From Mobula hypostoma (Eukaryota), in NCBI RefSeq assembly GCF_963921235.1, contig NC_086108.1, positions 37,760,001 to 37,820,000 of the forward strand: a stretch of 60,000 nucleotides of DNA, read 5' to 3'. Position numbers and translations under genes: made by a program. This document shows positions 25,871 through 38,419 of the stretch, one piece after another. The notes beneath the pieces are model-generated. The model was not told where the DNA came from. It did not search any database and saw nothing but the letters and a program-made list of their open reading frames with translations. The first letter of the stretch is position 1. Every line of letters starts with the position of its first letter.

Positions 25871-27124
25871 CAGCGGTCCCCAACCACCGGGCCGCGGACC
25901 AGTACCAGACCGCAGAGCATGTGCTACCGGACCGCGAGGAAACGATATGATTTGGCGATATGAGTCAGCTGCACCTTTCCTCATTCCCTGTCACGCCCAC
26001 TGTTGAGCTTGAACGCATGTGAGGTCATTACGCACGCGTCATCCATGTCAGTCCGGGAAGAGGATCAACTCCTCGAGCTTGCGAATGACGACGGGCTGAA
26101 AAGTATATTTGACATAACATCTCTGCTGGCATTTCGGATCAAAGTCAAGGCTAAATATCCTGAGATAGCCACAAAAGCACTGAAAATGTTGCTTCCATTT
26201 CCAACATATCTCTGCAATGAATGCAACGAAAACTAAATTGCAGATTAGACTGGACATAAGGAACCCCGTTCGAGTATCGCTGTCTCCCATCACCCCTCAA
26301 TAGGACCGTCTTGTTGCAGGGAAACAAGCCCAGGGCTCCCACTGATTCAGCGATATTGGTGTGTTGCAATGATTTTATATGTTCATATCTGGAAAATATG
26401 TGCTGTGTGTTTAATATCCAAACGCTACTTAAAATGTTATGATGCTATTGATTTATAGGTGATTTATATAACCATATAACAATTACAGCACGGATACAGG
26501 ACATCTCTGCCCTTCTAGTCCGTGCCGAACATTACTCTCACCTAGTCCCACCGACTTGCACTCAGGCCATAACCCTCCATTCCTTTCCTGTCCATATACC
26601 TATCCAATTTTTCTCTAAATGATAATATCGAACCTGCCTCTACTACTTCTACTGGAAGTTAGTTCAACACTTACTTCAAGCTCCCCTGTCCTTCCCTGAT
26701 AATTGACTTATCACTATATTCATGCATGGAAAATACGTGCTGTGTGTTTAATATTAAATGTGTTAGATAAGCCCTTTTAGAAATGAAATTGAGTGTATTA
26801 GTGACTTTATCATCTATATTCCGGTTGTGATTAACACCGCACCCCCCCACCCCGACCAGAATCGCCAGAAACGATTTGTAGGAAAAAATCAGCACTTACA
26901 CGCATGCGCAAGTGACGCATACGCACACAGGTGCCCACGCAAGGCTTCATGGTCATGGCAGTCTTTCTCGGGGTAAACACAACGTATTTGACTGCTACTC
27001 TTGTCCGTTGGCAACCCTATCCACGCAACCGCTCCCCCCACCCCCCCGCCCCGGGTCAGCCGGTCCACAAGAATATTGTCAATATTAAACTGGTCCGCAG
27101 TGCAAAAAAGGTTGGGGACCCCTG
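25871..27124 (+). mobile_element. Non-autonomous Charlie-like hAT transposon with transposase C-terminal remnant and captured CR1 tail
   Basis: TIRs CAGCGGTCCCCAACC / GGTTGGGGACCCCTG. 8-bp TSD TTGTAGTG/CTGTAGTG. ORF 26003-26236 (KVKAKYPEIATKALKMLLPFPTYLC) resembles the hAT dimerisation domain of Charlie/Buster transposases. Confidence 0.9.
26468..26668 (-). mobile_element. CR1 3' end embedded within the hAT element
   Basis: Reverse complement matches the 3' UTR and TATGGTTA tail of the CR1 at 53260-53452. Confidence 0.88.
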
Positions 27125-28224
27125 CTGTAGTGTACCTGTATTGACTAAATAGCCAAGAACTTACACTAAAACTGTACACTATAATACATACATACACTAT
27201 AATTTTTAATTTCATTTTAACCTTTTTAATTTTTTTCACTTTTTAAACTTTTATGTAAACACTTTCTTAGCCTATATCACACACAATTTATCAAAGATGA
27301 TCAGGATCATCCAGATCACTGTTCTCAACTTCCTCATAATGTTCCACTGGAAGAGTTTCAGATCGAATAACCTGCGTTTGGAAGCCACGATGCACTTTAC
27401 GGTAATATTTTCGAAAGAAAATTAAACAGAGAGATAACGCTACTACACTCAAGAGACGCACGATACATTACGTCCGCTATGTCACGTTCTCCGATCGGGA
27501 CTATGGACGTATATGAGATCGGACGTCGTCCGAATGGACTTTAAGTGGCTCACACCTGTATTAATGTATTTTTTCAAATGATAGAGCCTGAATAACAACA
27601 CTCCGCTGGCAGAGACATGAATGGTAAGCAGAAGTGGGGCAAATAGAGTACACAATCTTTTATCCACGTCATGGGACATATTTCCTTTTTGCCAGCCATG
27701 GAGGAGCTGGTATATATATACCTGCCACTTTTATAGTAACACCATATGTCTTTCTACTTTGCATCTCATTACATTTCATTTTTACCAGTCTACTTCCTCT
27801 TGTCTCCCAACTCAGCCAAGGCAATTGTCATTTATAATGGAGCTGCATAAATTTGCACAATATTTGCAATCTATCTTTTGAAGAAGCAAATTCCCTTAAG
27901 GAATTGATAATATGAAGGATAGTGCTTCAGCAGGTAGGGATGTGATACATCCAAACAGCACTTCCTAATAAACTTAGAGAGCAGTTTTGGAAAAGAATGA
28001 GGCAATAAAAAAGGAAAGTTTTATTGAACATTTGTATGGACATTTTAAAATGCAAATTGTAAATTGGATTTGATTAATCTGATTACGCAGAAGTAATGCT
28101 GAAACTTATATGAGGTTGTAGATGTGGCCTTCAACAAGGTACTATTTAGCAAAACTAAATGCCCTGGAACTAAAGATATAAAAGCAGCAAAGATCCAGGA
28201 CTGGATAAAGGAGAAAAAGCCACT

Positions 28225-28830
28225 ACACCATAGGACATAGGAGTAGAATCAGGCCATTAGGCCCAACGAGGCTGCTCCGCCATTCCACCATAACTGATTT
28301 ATTGCTTCTTTCAACCCTATTCTTCTGCCTTCTCCCCATAGTCTTTGTCATCCTCACTAATCAAGAACCTATCAGACTACACTTGAGATATACCCAATGT
28401 CTTAGCCTCTACAGCTGTATGTGGCAATGAATTTCATAGTTTCACCACCTTTTAGCTGAAGAAATGTCCCTTCACTTTGAGGCTGTGCCCCCTGGTCCTA
28501 GACTGCCCCACTGTAGGTAACATCCTCTCCACATCCACTCTAGTAAGGCTTTTCAATATTCAATAGGTTTCAAGTAGATCACTCCTCCTTCTTCTAAACT
28601 CCAGTGAGTACATCCCAGAACTACCAAATGCTCCTCATACATTAATCCTTTTGTGCCTGGGATCATTTTCGTGAACCTCCTCAGAACCGTCTCTAATACC
28701 AGTGCATCTCTTCTTAGATAAAAGGCCCAAAACTACTCTCAATCCTCTTTGTGGCCTCACTAATGCCTCATAAAGCCTTAGCATTCCATTATTGCTTTTA
28801 TATTCTAGTCCTCTGGAAATGAGTGCTAAG
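28225..28830 (-). mobile_element. CR1 3' fragment
   Basis: Tail cataggacataggagtagaatcaggccatt. Reverse frame LALISRGLEYKSNNGMLRLYEALVRP. Confidence 0.8.
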
Positions 28831-30604
28831 GAGTGCCATAAGTGATGGTGTTCCAAGACACTTTTGCTCTTTCTCTTTTAAAAGTTCAGTCATTCCGAAC
28901 AACACTCAATAGTCTCTTGGTATATCCTGCTCCATCCCACCCTAGGTTTTAGATGGCTTCTGTATACTTAGATATGATGGTATCTTAATGTTGCTAGTTG
29001 CTGTGCACCAGTTTCTTCCAGTCTGAAAGGTGGAGTGATTTTTCTGTGTCCACCATGTTCAAAGAGTATAGGTAGCTCAACTCCTTGCATGTATGCACAA
29101 TAACTGTATCCGTTCCAGGAGACGCACAGATCTATCTGTGTGATGGTCAGTATTGTAGGATACCAGAAAGTCAGGTTTGTAAAGTAAAGCTGTTGTCGTA
29201 AGTGGTGTGAAGACCTCAGGTCATCTATCTGCAGCAATGAAATGACCACAAAGACATGGGAGCAAGCACCTCACTTCACTGAATTTCCATTGGACAATGT
29301 GGTGGCAGAAGGATGTATGGGGCAAGGATGAAAGCAAATGAATCCTCTTGCTCTGCTTCAGTCCGCTCTCTCCCATAGAAAGCAGAAGGCCTGACCTCCA
29401 AATGAACTTACTTCTGATCCATTGATGCCTTCGAGAAGCATCCACTGATGTCTTCTGCAGCTGACTTGCCAGGAAATGTTTGTGCCTTGAAGGTGTATTT
29501 GAGCAGGCCTTCCTTTCACCTTTCCCCAGGTCAACAGCTACACTATTCTGCAGATACATGTGTACATTCCATTGCTGTGACTATTCAATCATGTTTTGCC
29601 AATTCACCACACTGTTGCCTTAAGTGACCTGCAGGTGTCTCATATACATCAGAGTGACAATCAAATCTCCCACTATCAACGTGCATGCTAGGAATGGCTG
29701 CTTTTACCCAGCAATTAATTCTTCACTTCAATTTGCCACACCATTGAATCTTTATGGTCGAGTGGGATTGCTGTGAAAAAAAATTTAGTCAAATGACGAA
29801 GACATGGTGATTGGAGGTGGCATGAGCCTTAGTTCTCTTCTTGTTAATTATATTGAAAAAAAATCGAAGAGTATACTCAGTGCAACTAGAAGGCAAAACA
29901 TAGTTCATAATTTTTAACCAAATGCTTGGAATTTCTGTGGAAAATCTTCAGGATTGCAGCTCAAAATATCCTTTCATTTTATTTAAGAAACAGGACAAAG
30001 CTCGCATAGCTTTCCATTCATTAAAGCTCTACAATCAGTTTATCATTGATTGCCACTAATATCCCCATCCACTCCACTTTAATAAATCTCCTTGGCCCTC
30101 CAACTCTGGCCTCGTACAAACTATTTCGCTATTGGCATCCATATATGACTTTAATAGAGAAAAAGGCATAAGTAAATATTGGTGCTTTGGCATATTTTTC
30201 TCTAAGTATACATGAATATTTAACCTACTTAATATAAAATAAAATACTCAACTCAGCATAATGTAATTCTAAAGGACTAATAGAAAGTGACATCTAACTC
30301 TCAAAGAAAATAATGAATAAAAATATTTCAATTCATATGGAAAATACGCCCAAGCAAAATGACATAAATAACACAAGAAATAAAACCATATTCACATTCT
30401 CAAACTGGATAAAATTAAATGATGGTCTGTCAACTCAATATACAATAAGCAAGGCCTGTAGACGTATAAAAATACAGGCAGTCTCCATGACAACATTGTC
30501 TACTTCCACTCAAAAATTGATAAATGTAATCTTTAACACGTTATCCATGTGATTCTAAAAATAGCAAATAAAATTAAATTCTTTTATCAATGTATTCCCT
30601 GCTT

Positions 30605-30760
30605 GTTTGATCGAGGAATGACTGCACAGGTGCATGGATGTCAATGAGTTAGACCAGCGGGAAGAGTATAAAAGGCGATCATTTTTTCTTTGGCAGTTTG
30701 ATTGAAGAACGACTGCGCAGGCGCATGGATGTCAGTGAGTTAGACCAGAGTTTAAAAGAA
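30605..30760 (+). promoter_or_regulatory. Tandem-duplicated CR1 5' UTR monomer (putative internal promoter)
   Basis: Two ~55-bp copies with a 91-bp period. They contain TGCGCAGGCGCA (NRF1-like; 30714-30725), and each is followed by TATAAAA or TTTAAAA. Confidence 0.55.
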
Positions 30761-31422
30761 GACAGCTTTACAGAGTGGGCGCCGGAGAAGTGGGTGACAA
30801 AATAGCGGTAGACAGAGTAGGAGAGCTTTGGCGATAACAGGTTGAGGTGAGGTAGGTTGCCTGTGTAGAACAGAAACAGGAAATATGTCTGTGAGGCCGG
30901 TATTCTGTGCTGGTTGTCAGATAGTCCGGGAGACTCCCAGCCTCCTGGAAGGCCATATCTTTGCCAGGTGCATCGAGCTGCAGCTCCTTAGGGACCGTGT
31001 TAGGGACCTGGAGCTGCAGCTCAATGACCTTCATCTGGTCAGGGAAAGTGAGGAGATGATAGAGAGGAGCTATAGGCAAGTAGTCGCACCGTGGACTTGA
31101 GAGACCGATAAGTGGGTAACAGTCAGGAGGGCGAAGGGCAAGGGTCAGATACTAGACAGTAACCCTGTGGCTGTCCCCCCTAACAATAAATACTCCTGTT
31201 TGAGTACTTTTGGGAAGGAAAGCCTGCCTGGGGGAAGCAACAGTGGCCGCGTCTCTGGCACAGAGTCTAACCCTGTGGGGTCAGAAGGGTAGAGAAAGGA
31301 AGAAGGCAGTAGTAATGGGGGACTCTTATAGTTAGGGGGTCAGACAGGCAATTCTGTAGACGCAGGGAAGAAACTTGGATGGTTGTTGGCCTCCCAAGTG
31401 CCAGGGTCCGTGATATCATTTA

Positions 31423-33524
31423 ATAGAACATAGAACATAGAATAGTACAGCACAGTACAGGCCCTTCGGCCCACAATGTTGTGCCGACCCTCAAACTCTG
31501 CCTCCAATATAAGCCCCCACCTTAGATTCCTCCATATACCTGTCTAGTAGCCTCTTAAACTTCACTAGTGTATCTGCCTCCACCACTGACTCAGGCAGTG
31601 CATTCCATGCACCAACCACTCTCTGAGTAAAAAACCTTCCTCTAATATCCCCCTTGAACTTCCCACCCCTTACCTTAAAGCCATGTCCTCTTGTATTGAG
31701 CAGTGGTGCCCTGGGGAAGAGGCGCTGGCTATCCACTCTATCTATTCCTCTTATTATCTTGTACACCTCTATCATGTCTCCTCTCATCCTCCTTCTCTCC
31801 AAAGAGTAAAGCCCTAGATCCCTTAATCTCTGATCATAATCCATACATTCTAAACCAGGCAGCATCCTGGTAAATCTCCTCTGTACCCTTTCCAATGCTT
31901 CCACATCCTTCCTATAGTGAGGTGACCAGAACTGGACACAATACTCCAAGTGTGGCCTAACCAGAGTTTTATAGAGCTGCATCATTACATCGCGACTCTT
32001 AAACTCTATCCCTCGACTTATGAAAGCTAACACCCCATAAGCTTTCTTAACTACCCTATCCACCTGTGAGGCAACTTTCAGGGAACTGTGGACATGTACC
32101 CCGAGATCCCTCTGCTCCTCCACACTACCAAGTATCCTGCCATTTACTTTGTACTCTGCCTTGGAGTTTGTCCTTCCAAAATGTACCACCTCACACTTCT
32201 CCGGGTTGAACTCCATCTGCCACTTCTCAGCCCACTTCTGCATCCTATCAATGTCTCTCTGCAATCTTTGACAATCCTCTACACTATCTACAACACCACC
32301 AACGTTTGTGTCGTCTGCAAACTTGCCAACCCACCCTTCTACCCCCACATCCAGGTCATTAATAAAAATCACGAAAAGTAGAGGTCCCAGAACAGATCCT
32401 TGTGGGACACCACTAGTCACAATCCTCCAATCTGAATGTACTCCCTCCACTATCACCCTCTGCCTTCTGCAGGCAAGCCAATTCTGAATCCACCTGGCCA
32501 AACTTCCCTGGATCCCATGCCTTCTAACTTTCTGAATAAGCCTGCTGTGTGGAACCTTGTCAAATGCCTTACTAAAATCCATATAGATCACATCCACTGC
32601 ACTACCCTCATCTATATGCCTGGTCACCTCCTCAAAGAACTCTATCAGGCTTGTTAGACACGATCTGCCCTTCACAAAGCCATGCTGACTGTCCCTGATC
32701 AGACCATGATTCTCTAAATGCCTATAGATCCTATCTCTAAGAACCTTTTCCAACAGCTTTCCCACCACAGACGTAAAGCTCACTGGTCTATAATTACCCG
32801 GACTATCCCTACTACCTTTTTTGAACAAGGGAACAACATTCGCCTCCCTCCAATCCTCTGGTACCATTCCCGTGGACAACGAGGACATAAAGATCCTAGC
32901 CAGAGGCTCAGCAATCTCTTCTCTCGCCTCGTGGAGCAGCTGGGGGAATATTCCGTCAGGCCCCGGGGACTTATCCATCCTAATGTATTTTAACAACTCC
33001 AACACCTCCTCTCCCTTAATATCAGCATGCTCCAGAACATCAACCTCACTCATATTGTCCTCACCATCATCAAGTTCCCTCGCATTGGTGAATACCGAAG
33101 AGAAGTATTCATTGAGGACCTCGCTCACTTCCACAGCCTCCAGGCACATCTTCCCACCTTTATCTCTAATCGGTCCTACCTTCACTCCTGTCATCCTTTT
33201 TTTCTTCACATAATTGAAGAATGCCTTGGGGTTTTCCTTTACCCTACTCGCCAAGGCCTTCTCATGCCCCCTTCTTGCTCTTCTCAGCCCCTTCTTAAGC
33301 TCCTTTCTTACTTCCCTATATTCCTCAATAGACCCATCTGATCCTTGCTTCCTAAACCTCATGTATGCTGCCTTCTTCCTCCTGACTAGATTTTCCACCT
33401 CACTTGTCACCCATGGTTCCTTCACCCTACCATTCTTTATCTTCCTCACCGGGACAAATTTATCCCTTACATCCCGCAAGAGATCTCTAAACATCGACCA
33501 CATGTCCATGGTACATTTCCCTGT
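31423..33524 (-). mobile_element. Young 5'-truncated CR1 LINE with an uninterrupted RT reading frame
   Basis: The ORF is open from 33509 (ATG) to 31491, 672 aa: [58 protein letters not shown]. Tail (TTCTATG)n. The endonuclease domain is absent. Confidence 0.95.
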
Positions 33525-35679
33525 AGTCCATAGTACATATCCTGAAGTAGGAAGGTGAACAGCCAGATGTCGTGGTATATATTGGTGCCAACGACATAGG
33601 TAGGAAAAGGAAAGAGGTCCCGAAAACAGACTACAGGGAGTTAGGAAGGAAGATGACAAGGCGGGCCTCAAAGGTAGTAATCTAGGGATTATTTCCTGTG
33701 CCACGCGACAGTGAGTATAGGAATAGAGTGAGGTGAGGATAAATGCATGGCTGAGGGATTGGAGCGGGGGGCAGGGATTCAGATTTCTGGGTCATTGGGA
33801 CCTTTTTGGGGCAGGTATGACCTGTACAAAAAGGACGGGTTGCCCTTAAATCCGAGGGGGACTAATATCCTGGCGGGGAGGTTTGCGAAGGCTATTGGGG
33901 AGAATTTAAACTAGAATTGCTGGGGAGTGGGAACCAAACTGAAAAGACAGAGGAAGGGGATGTTGGCTCACAAATAGAGAAAGCTTGGAGACAGTGCAAG
34001 AGGGAGGCTAGGCAGGTGATAGAGAAGGGATGTGCTCAGACCAAAGGTTTGATGTGTCTATTTTAACACTAGGAGTGTTGTGAACAAAGCAGATGAGCTT
34101 AGAGCATGGATCAGTACTTGGACATATGATGCAGTGGCCACTACAGAGACTTGGATGGCTCAGGGACAGGAATGGTTACTTCAAGTGCCGGGTTTTAGAT
34201 GTTCCAGAAAGGACAGGGAGGGAGGCAAAAGAAGTGGGGGGTGTGGCACTGCTGATCAGAGATAGTGTCATGGCTGCAGAAAAGGAGGATGTCATGGAGG
34301 GATGGTCTACTGAGTCTCTGTGGGTGGAAGTTAGAAACAGAAAGGGGTCAATAACTCTACTGGGTGTTTTTAATAGACCAACCAATAGTAACAGGGTCAT
34401 CGAGGAACAGATAAGGAGACAGATTCTGTAATGGTGTAATAATAACAGGTTTGTTGTGGTGGAGATTTTAATTTCCCAAATATTGACTGGCATCTCCCTA
34501 GAGCGAGGGATTTAGATGGGCTGGAGTTTGTTGGGTGTGTTCCGGAAGGTTTTCTGACACAATATGTAGATAAGGATATAAGAGGAGAGGCTGTACTTGA
34601 TCTGGTATAGGGAAATGAACCTGGTCAGGTGTCAGGACTCTCAGTGGGAGAGCATTTTGGAGATAGTGATCACAATTCTATCTCCTTTACTATAGCATTG
34701 GACAGGGATAGGAACAGACAAGTTAGGAAAGCATTTAATTGGAGTAAGGGGAAATATGAAGCTATCAGGCAAGAACTTGGAAGTATAAATTTCGAACAGA
34801 TGTTCTCAGAGAAATGTAGCAAATGTTCAGGAGATATTTGCGTGGGTTTCTGCATAGGTATGTTCCAATGAGACCGGGAAAGGATGGTATCAACGGGGAT
34901 GGGAGGGGTTCCAGAGGATTGGAGGGTTGCAGATGTTGTTCCCTTATTCAAGAAAGGGAGTAGAGATAGCCCAGAAAATTATGGAGAGTGAGTCTTATTT
35001 CAGTGGTTGGTAAGTTGATGGAAAAGATCCTGAAGGGCAGGGTTTATGAACATTTGGAGAGACATAATATGATTAGAAATGGTCAGCATGGCTTTGTCAA
35101 AGGTAGGTCATGCCTTACGAGCCTGATAGAATTTTTTCAGGATGTGACTAAACACATTGATGAATGTAGAGCAGTTGATGTAGCGTATATGGATTTCAGC
35201 AAGGCATTTGATAAGGTACTCCATGCAAGGCTAATTGAGAAAGCATAGAGGCATGGGATCCAAGAGGACCTTGTTTTGTGGATCAAGAATTGGCTTGTTC
35301 ACAGAGGGAAAAGACTGGTTATAGACAGGTCATATTTTGCATGGAGGTCGGTGACCAGTGGTGTGCCTCAAGGATCTGTTCTGGGATCTCTTCTCTTCGT
35401 GATTTTTATAAATGACCCGCATGAGGAAGTGGAGGGATGAGTTAGCAAAATTTGCTGATGACACTGAGATTGGGGGTGTTGTGGATAGTGTGGAGGGCTG
35501 TCAGAGGTTACAGCAGGCTATCAATAGGTTGCAAAACTGGGCTGAGAAGTGGCACATGGAGTTCAACCCATATAGTGTGAGGTGGCTCATTTTGGGTAGG
35601 TCAAATATAATGGTAGAATATAGTATTAATGGTAAGACTCTTGGCAATTTGGAGGATGAGGGATTTTGGTTCTGAGTCC

Positions 35680-37095
35680 ACCATCATCATCATCAGGTGC
35701 CATACCCAGTTTGAGCTTTGACTGCCATGGCCCACACACTCCTGTTTCAGGTCAAGTGGATCAATTCATTGATATTCATTTCCAGTTCTCTGGCTGTTAT
35801 TTCCATCATCATTTGTGTCTTTGTCTTCCTTTTGCTTTCTTCCAGTCAATCTTTCCCATAATTATCGTGCATTCTGACTCCTCTTTCCTAATCATATGTC
35901 CAATGAAGTTACGTTACCTTTTCATGATCTCTTACATTATTTCTCTTTTTATGTTTGCTCTGTTCATGATATCCTCATTAGATATTCATTTCGTCCATGA
36001 TATTCTTTGCATCCTGCTCAAAAACCACATCTCTGCTGCTACAATTTGTTTCCTCATGTTACTAGATATTGTCTAACATTCTGACCATATAACATAAATG
36101 AATAAACGTAACATTTCAGTACTCTGAGGTGGGTTGTCATGCCTAGTTTAGTATCAGTCAGTATACTCTTCATTCTTGTAAAGGTGTCTTTTGCCATCCC
36201 TATTCTTCCTTTGATGTCTATGTTGCACCTGCCACCTGATGTCACCCAGCTTCCTAAGTAGCAAAAGTTCTGTACTTGTTTTATGTCTTCCTCATTTATT
36301 CTCAGCCTGCAGTTAAGGAGAATCACCATACATTCTGTCTTTTTGCAATTGATAGGTAGACCAATTTTTGCACTTTCTTCAACAACTATATCAATTAAGT
36401 TTTGTGGTTCTTCCTCCATACTTGCATTTAACACAGTGTCATCAGCATACCTGAAATTATTGACGTTTTCACTGCCAACTTTGATTCCCAAGATGTCTCT
36501 TATTTTTTGTGATATTGTTTCACTGTACACATTAAATACGTCAGGGGAGAAAACACACCCTTGTCTAACACCTCTCTTGATTTTCGTAAACTGACTCACT
36601 TCTTCATCTATTCTTACAGTGGCAGTTTGTTCCCAGTACAGATTTCTGATTAGGCGGAGATCTTTCGAATCTAGATCGAGAGTTTTCTGTAATATTTCAA
36701 ATAACATATTGTACTTCACTTTATCAAATGCTTTTGTGTAGCCGATAAAACAAACAATCTTTTTGCACTTTAATAGCTCGTTCTGATAGTATCCTTAACA
36801 TCAATATTGTGTTTCTTGTACCTTTGTCTTTCACAAAACCACATCGTTCTTTACCTATTTCAGCTTGTATCTTACTTTTAGCTCTTGTCATCAAAATTCT
36901 TAGAAATATCTTGGTGATATGACTCATTAAACTTATGGTCCTATGTAATTCACATTCTATTGCTCCAAGTTTCTTTGGAAGAGTGATAAATGCTGATTTT
37001 TTCATCTCTTCTGGTATTATTCCAGTCTCATAAATGTCATTGATTAAATCAGTAAGTTCTTCAATTCCATAATCTTCAAGGGCGATAATATGGAC
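35680..37095 (-). mobile_element. 5'-truncated RTE-clade LINE
   Basis: Reverse frames HRTISLMSHITKI, GFVKDKGTRN, GVRQGCVFSP, RYADD and FCYLGS. (GAT)n tail. 10-bp TSD TTCTGAGTCC (35670-35679, 37096-37105). Confidence 0.92.
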
Positions 37096-38419
37096 TTCTG
37101 AGTCCGTTGGACATTCAAAGTGGCTGTGCAGGTTGATTCTGTGGTTAAGAAGGCATACAGTGCATTGCCCTTTACTAACCGTGGGATTGCGTTCAAGAGC
37201 CGAGAGGTAATGTTACAGCTATATAGGACCCTGGTCAGACTCCACTGGGAGTACTATGCTCAGTTCTGGTCACCTCACTACAGGAAGGATGTGGAAACTA
37301 TAGAAAAGGTGCAGAGGAGATTTACAAGGATGTTGCCAGGATTGGGGAGCATGCCTTATGAGAATAGGTTGAGTGAACTTGTTCCTATCTCCTTGGAGCG
37401 TCAGAGAATGAGAGGTGATCTGATACGGATGTATAAGATGATGAGAGGCATTGATCGTGTGGATAGTCAGAGGCTTTTTCCCGGGGCTGAAATGGCTAGA
37501 GGGCACAGTGTTAAGGTGCTTGAAAGTAGGTACAGAGGAGATGTCAGGGGTAAGTTTTTTACACAGAGAGTGGTGAATGCGCAGAATGGGCTGCCGGCAA
37601 CAGTGGTGGAGGCTGATACAATAGGGTCTTTTAAGGGACTCCTGGGCAGGTACATGGAGCTTAGAAAAATAGAGGGCTATGGATAACCCAAGGGAATTTC
37701 TAAAGTAATTACGTGTTCGGCACAGTATTGTGGGCCAAAGGGCCTATATTGTGCTGTAGGTTTTCTTTATTTCTATGATTAAATGCAGACGTTAGCTATC
37801 TTGAACTTACATGAAATTGTTTGATTCAATTATTCAGGAATCATTTTGAGTGCTAGCTTGTTATAAAATTAATATAAAGGGACATAATACTCAAAAACTG
37901 TATTATGCAGTCTAAAATATCATAAAGCTAAAATTGTACTTGTTTTTCATATTTTGTGCAAATCAGTGAAGTCTTTTTTTGACTGGTGATCAGTGGCAAA
38001 TATCTCCTTATCTATTTTCTGCACAGCTGCTTACAGTAGAATTACAGCTTTACAATCAATCCGGATTTCCAAACAAATCAGAATTCATACAAAAACTCAG
38101 CCCATAATTTATGAAGTGGAAGAGGCATCTATATCTGACTTTTTTCAGCATTGTAGTTATTGGTGAAAGAATTGGAGCAGTAGAAAATTCATGCAAACCT
38201 TAAAAATGTCATGGACAAAATGTTTATTTGCCAGTCTGCTTTTAGGTTGATAAACCTTAATTTTAATCTTGCTCTAGTACAGTACAGTAGTCCACTACAA
38301 TCAGGGCACTCATATTGCAAAATATAATTTACATATTTGCTGATCCACTTTAACCAAACTGTTTTCTAATTGTCGTTAAATAATTTCACTATAAGCTGAG
38401 TATAAAACCTCAATGGATT

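Larger units (their letters stand above)
25749..27558. mobile_element. Non-autonomous Tigger/pogo-like (Tc1/mariner) DNA transposon, interrupted by a hAT element
   Basis: TA-flanked ~24-bp imperfect TIRs (CAGGTATGCATCACTTAACGTCCA / TGGACTTTAAGTGGCTCACACCTG). The left end (cttaacg..gatacgttctg.gaaat..cgtta.g.gattt) resembles Tigger3/Golem. Confidence 0.8.
30605..37778 (+). mobile_element. Long CR1 LINE (5' UTR, ORF1, deleted ORF2, 3' UTR) hosting two later insertions
   Basis: ORF1 start MSVRPVFCAGC..CIELQLLRDRVRDLELQLNDL (30885). ORF1 resumes at ~33525. APE motifs (ATTETW, DSDHNSI) and RT motifs (QHGFVKGRSC, KFADD) follow. The 3' part resumes at 37106. Confidence 0.9.

Noticed and set aside
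26003..26236. Domesticated ZBED/SCAND-type gene exon
   Set aside because: It lies inside a TIR/TSD-bounded non-autonomous hAT, is truncated and internally deleted, and has no splice context.
28840..29600. Possible very old LINE remnant (also ~10000-10600 and ~46400-47100)
   Set aside because: Too degraded to assign a family or boundaries by eye. It would need a profile-HMM search.
33510..33704. N-terminal 65 aa of the 737-aa ORF as part of a real protein
   Set aside because: It is mostly read-through into the antisense strand of the host CR1 ORF1 beyond the insertion junction (~33524).
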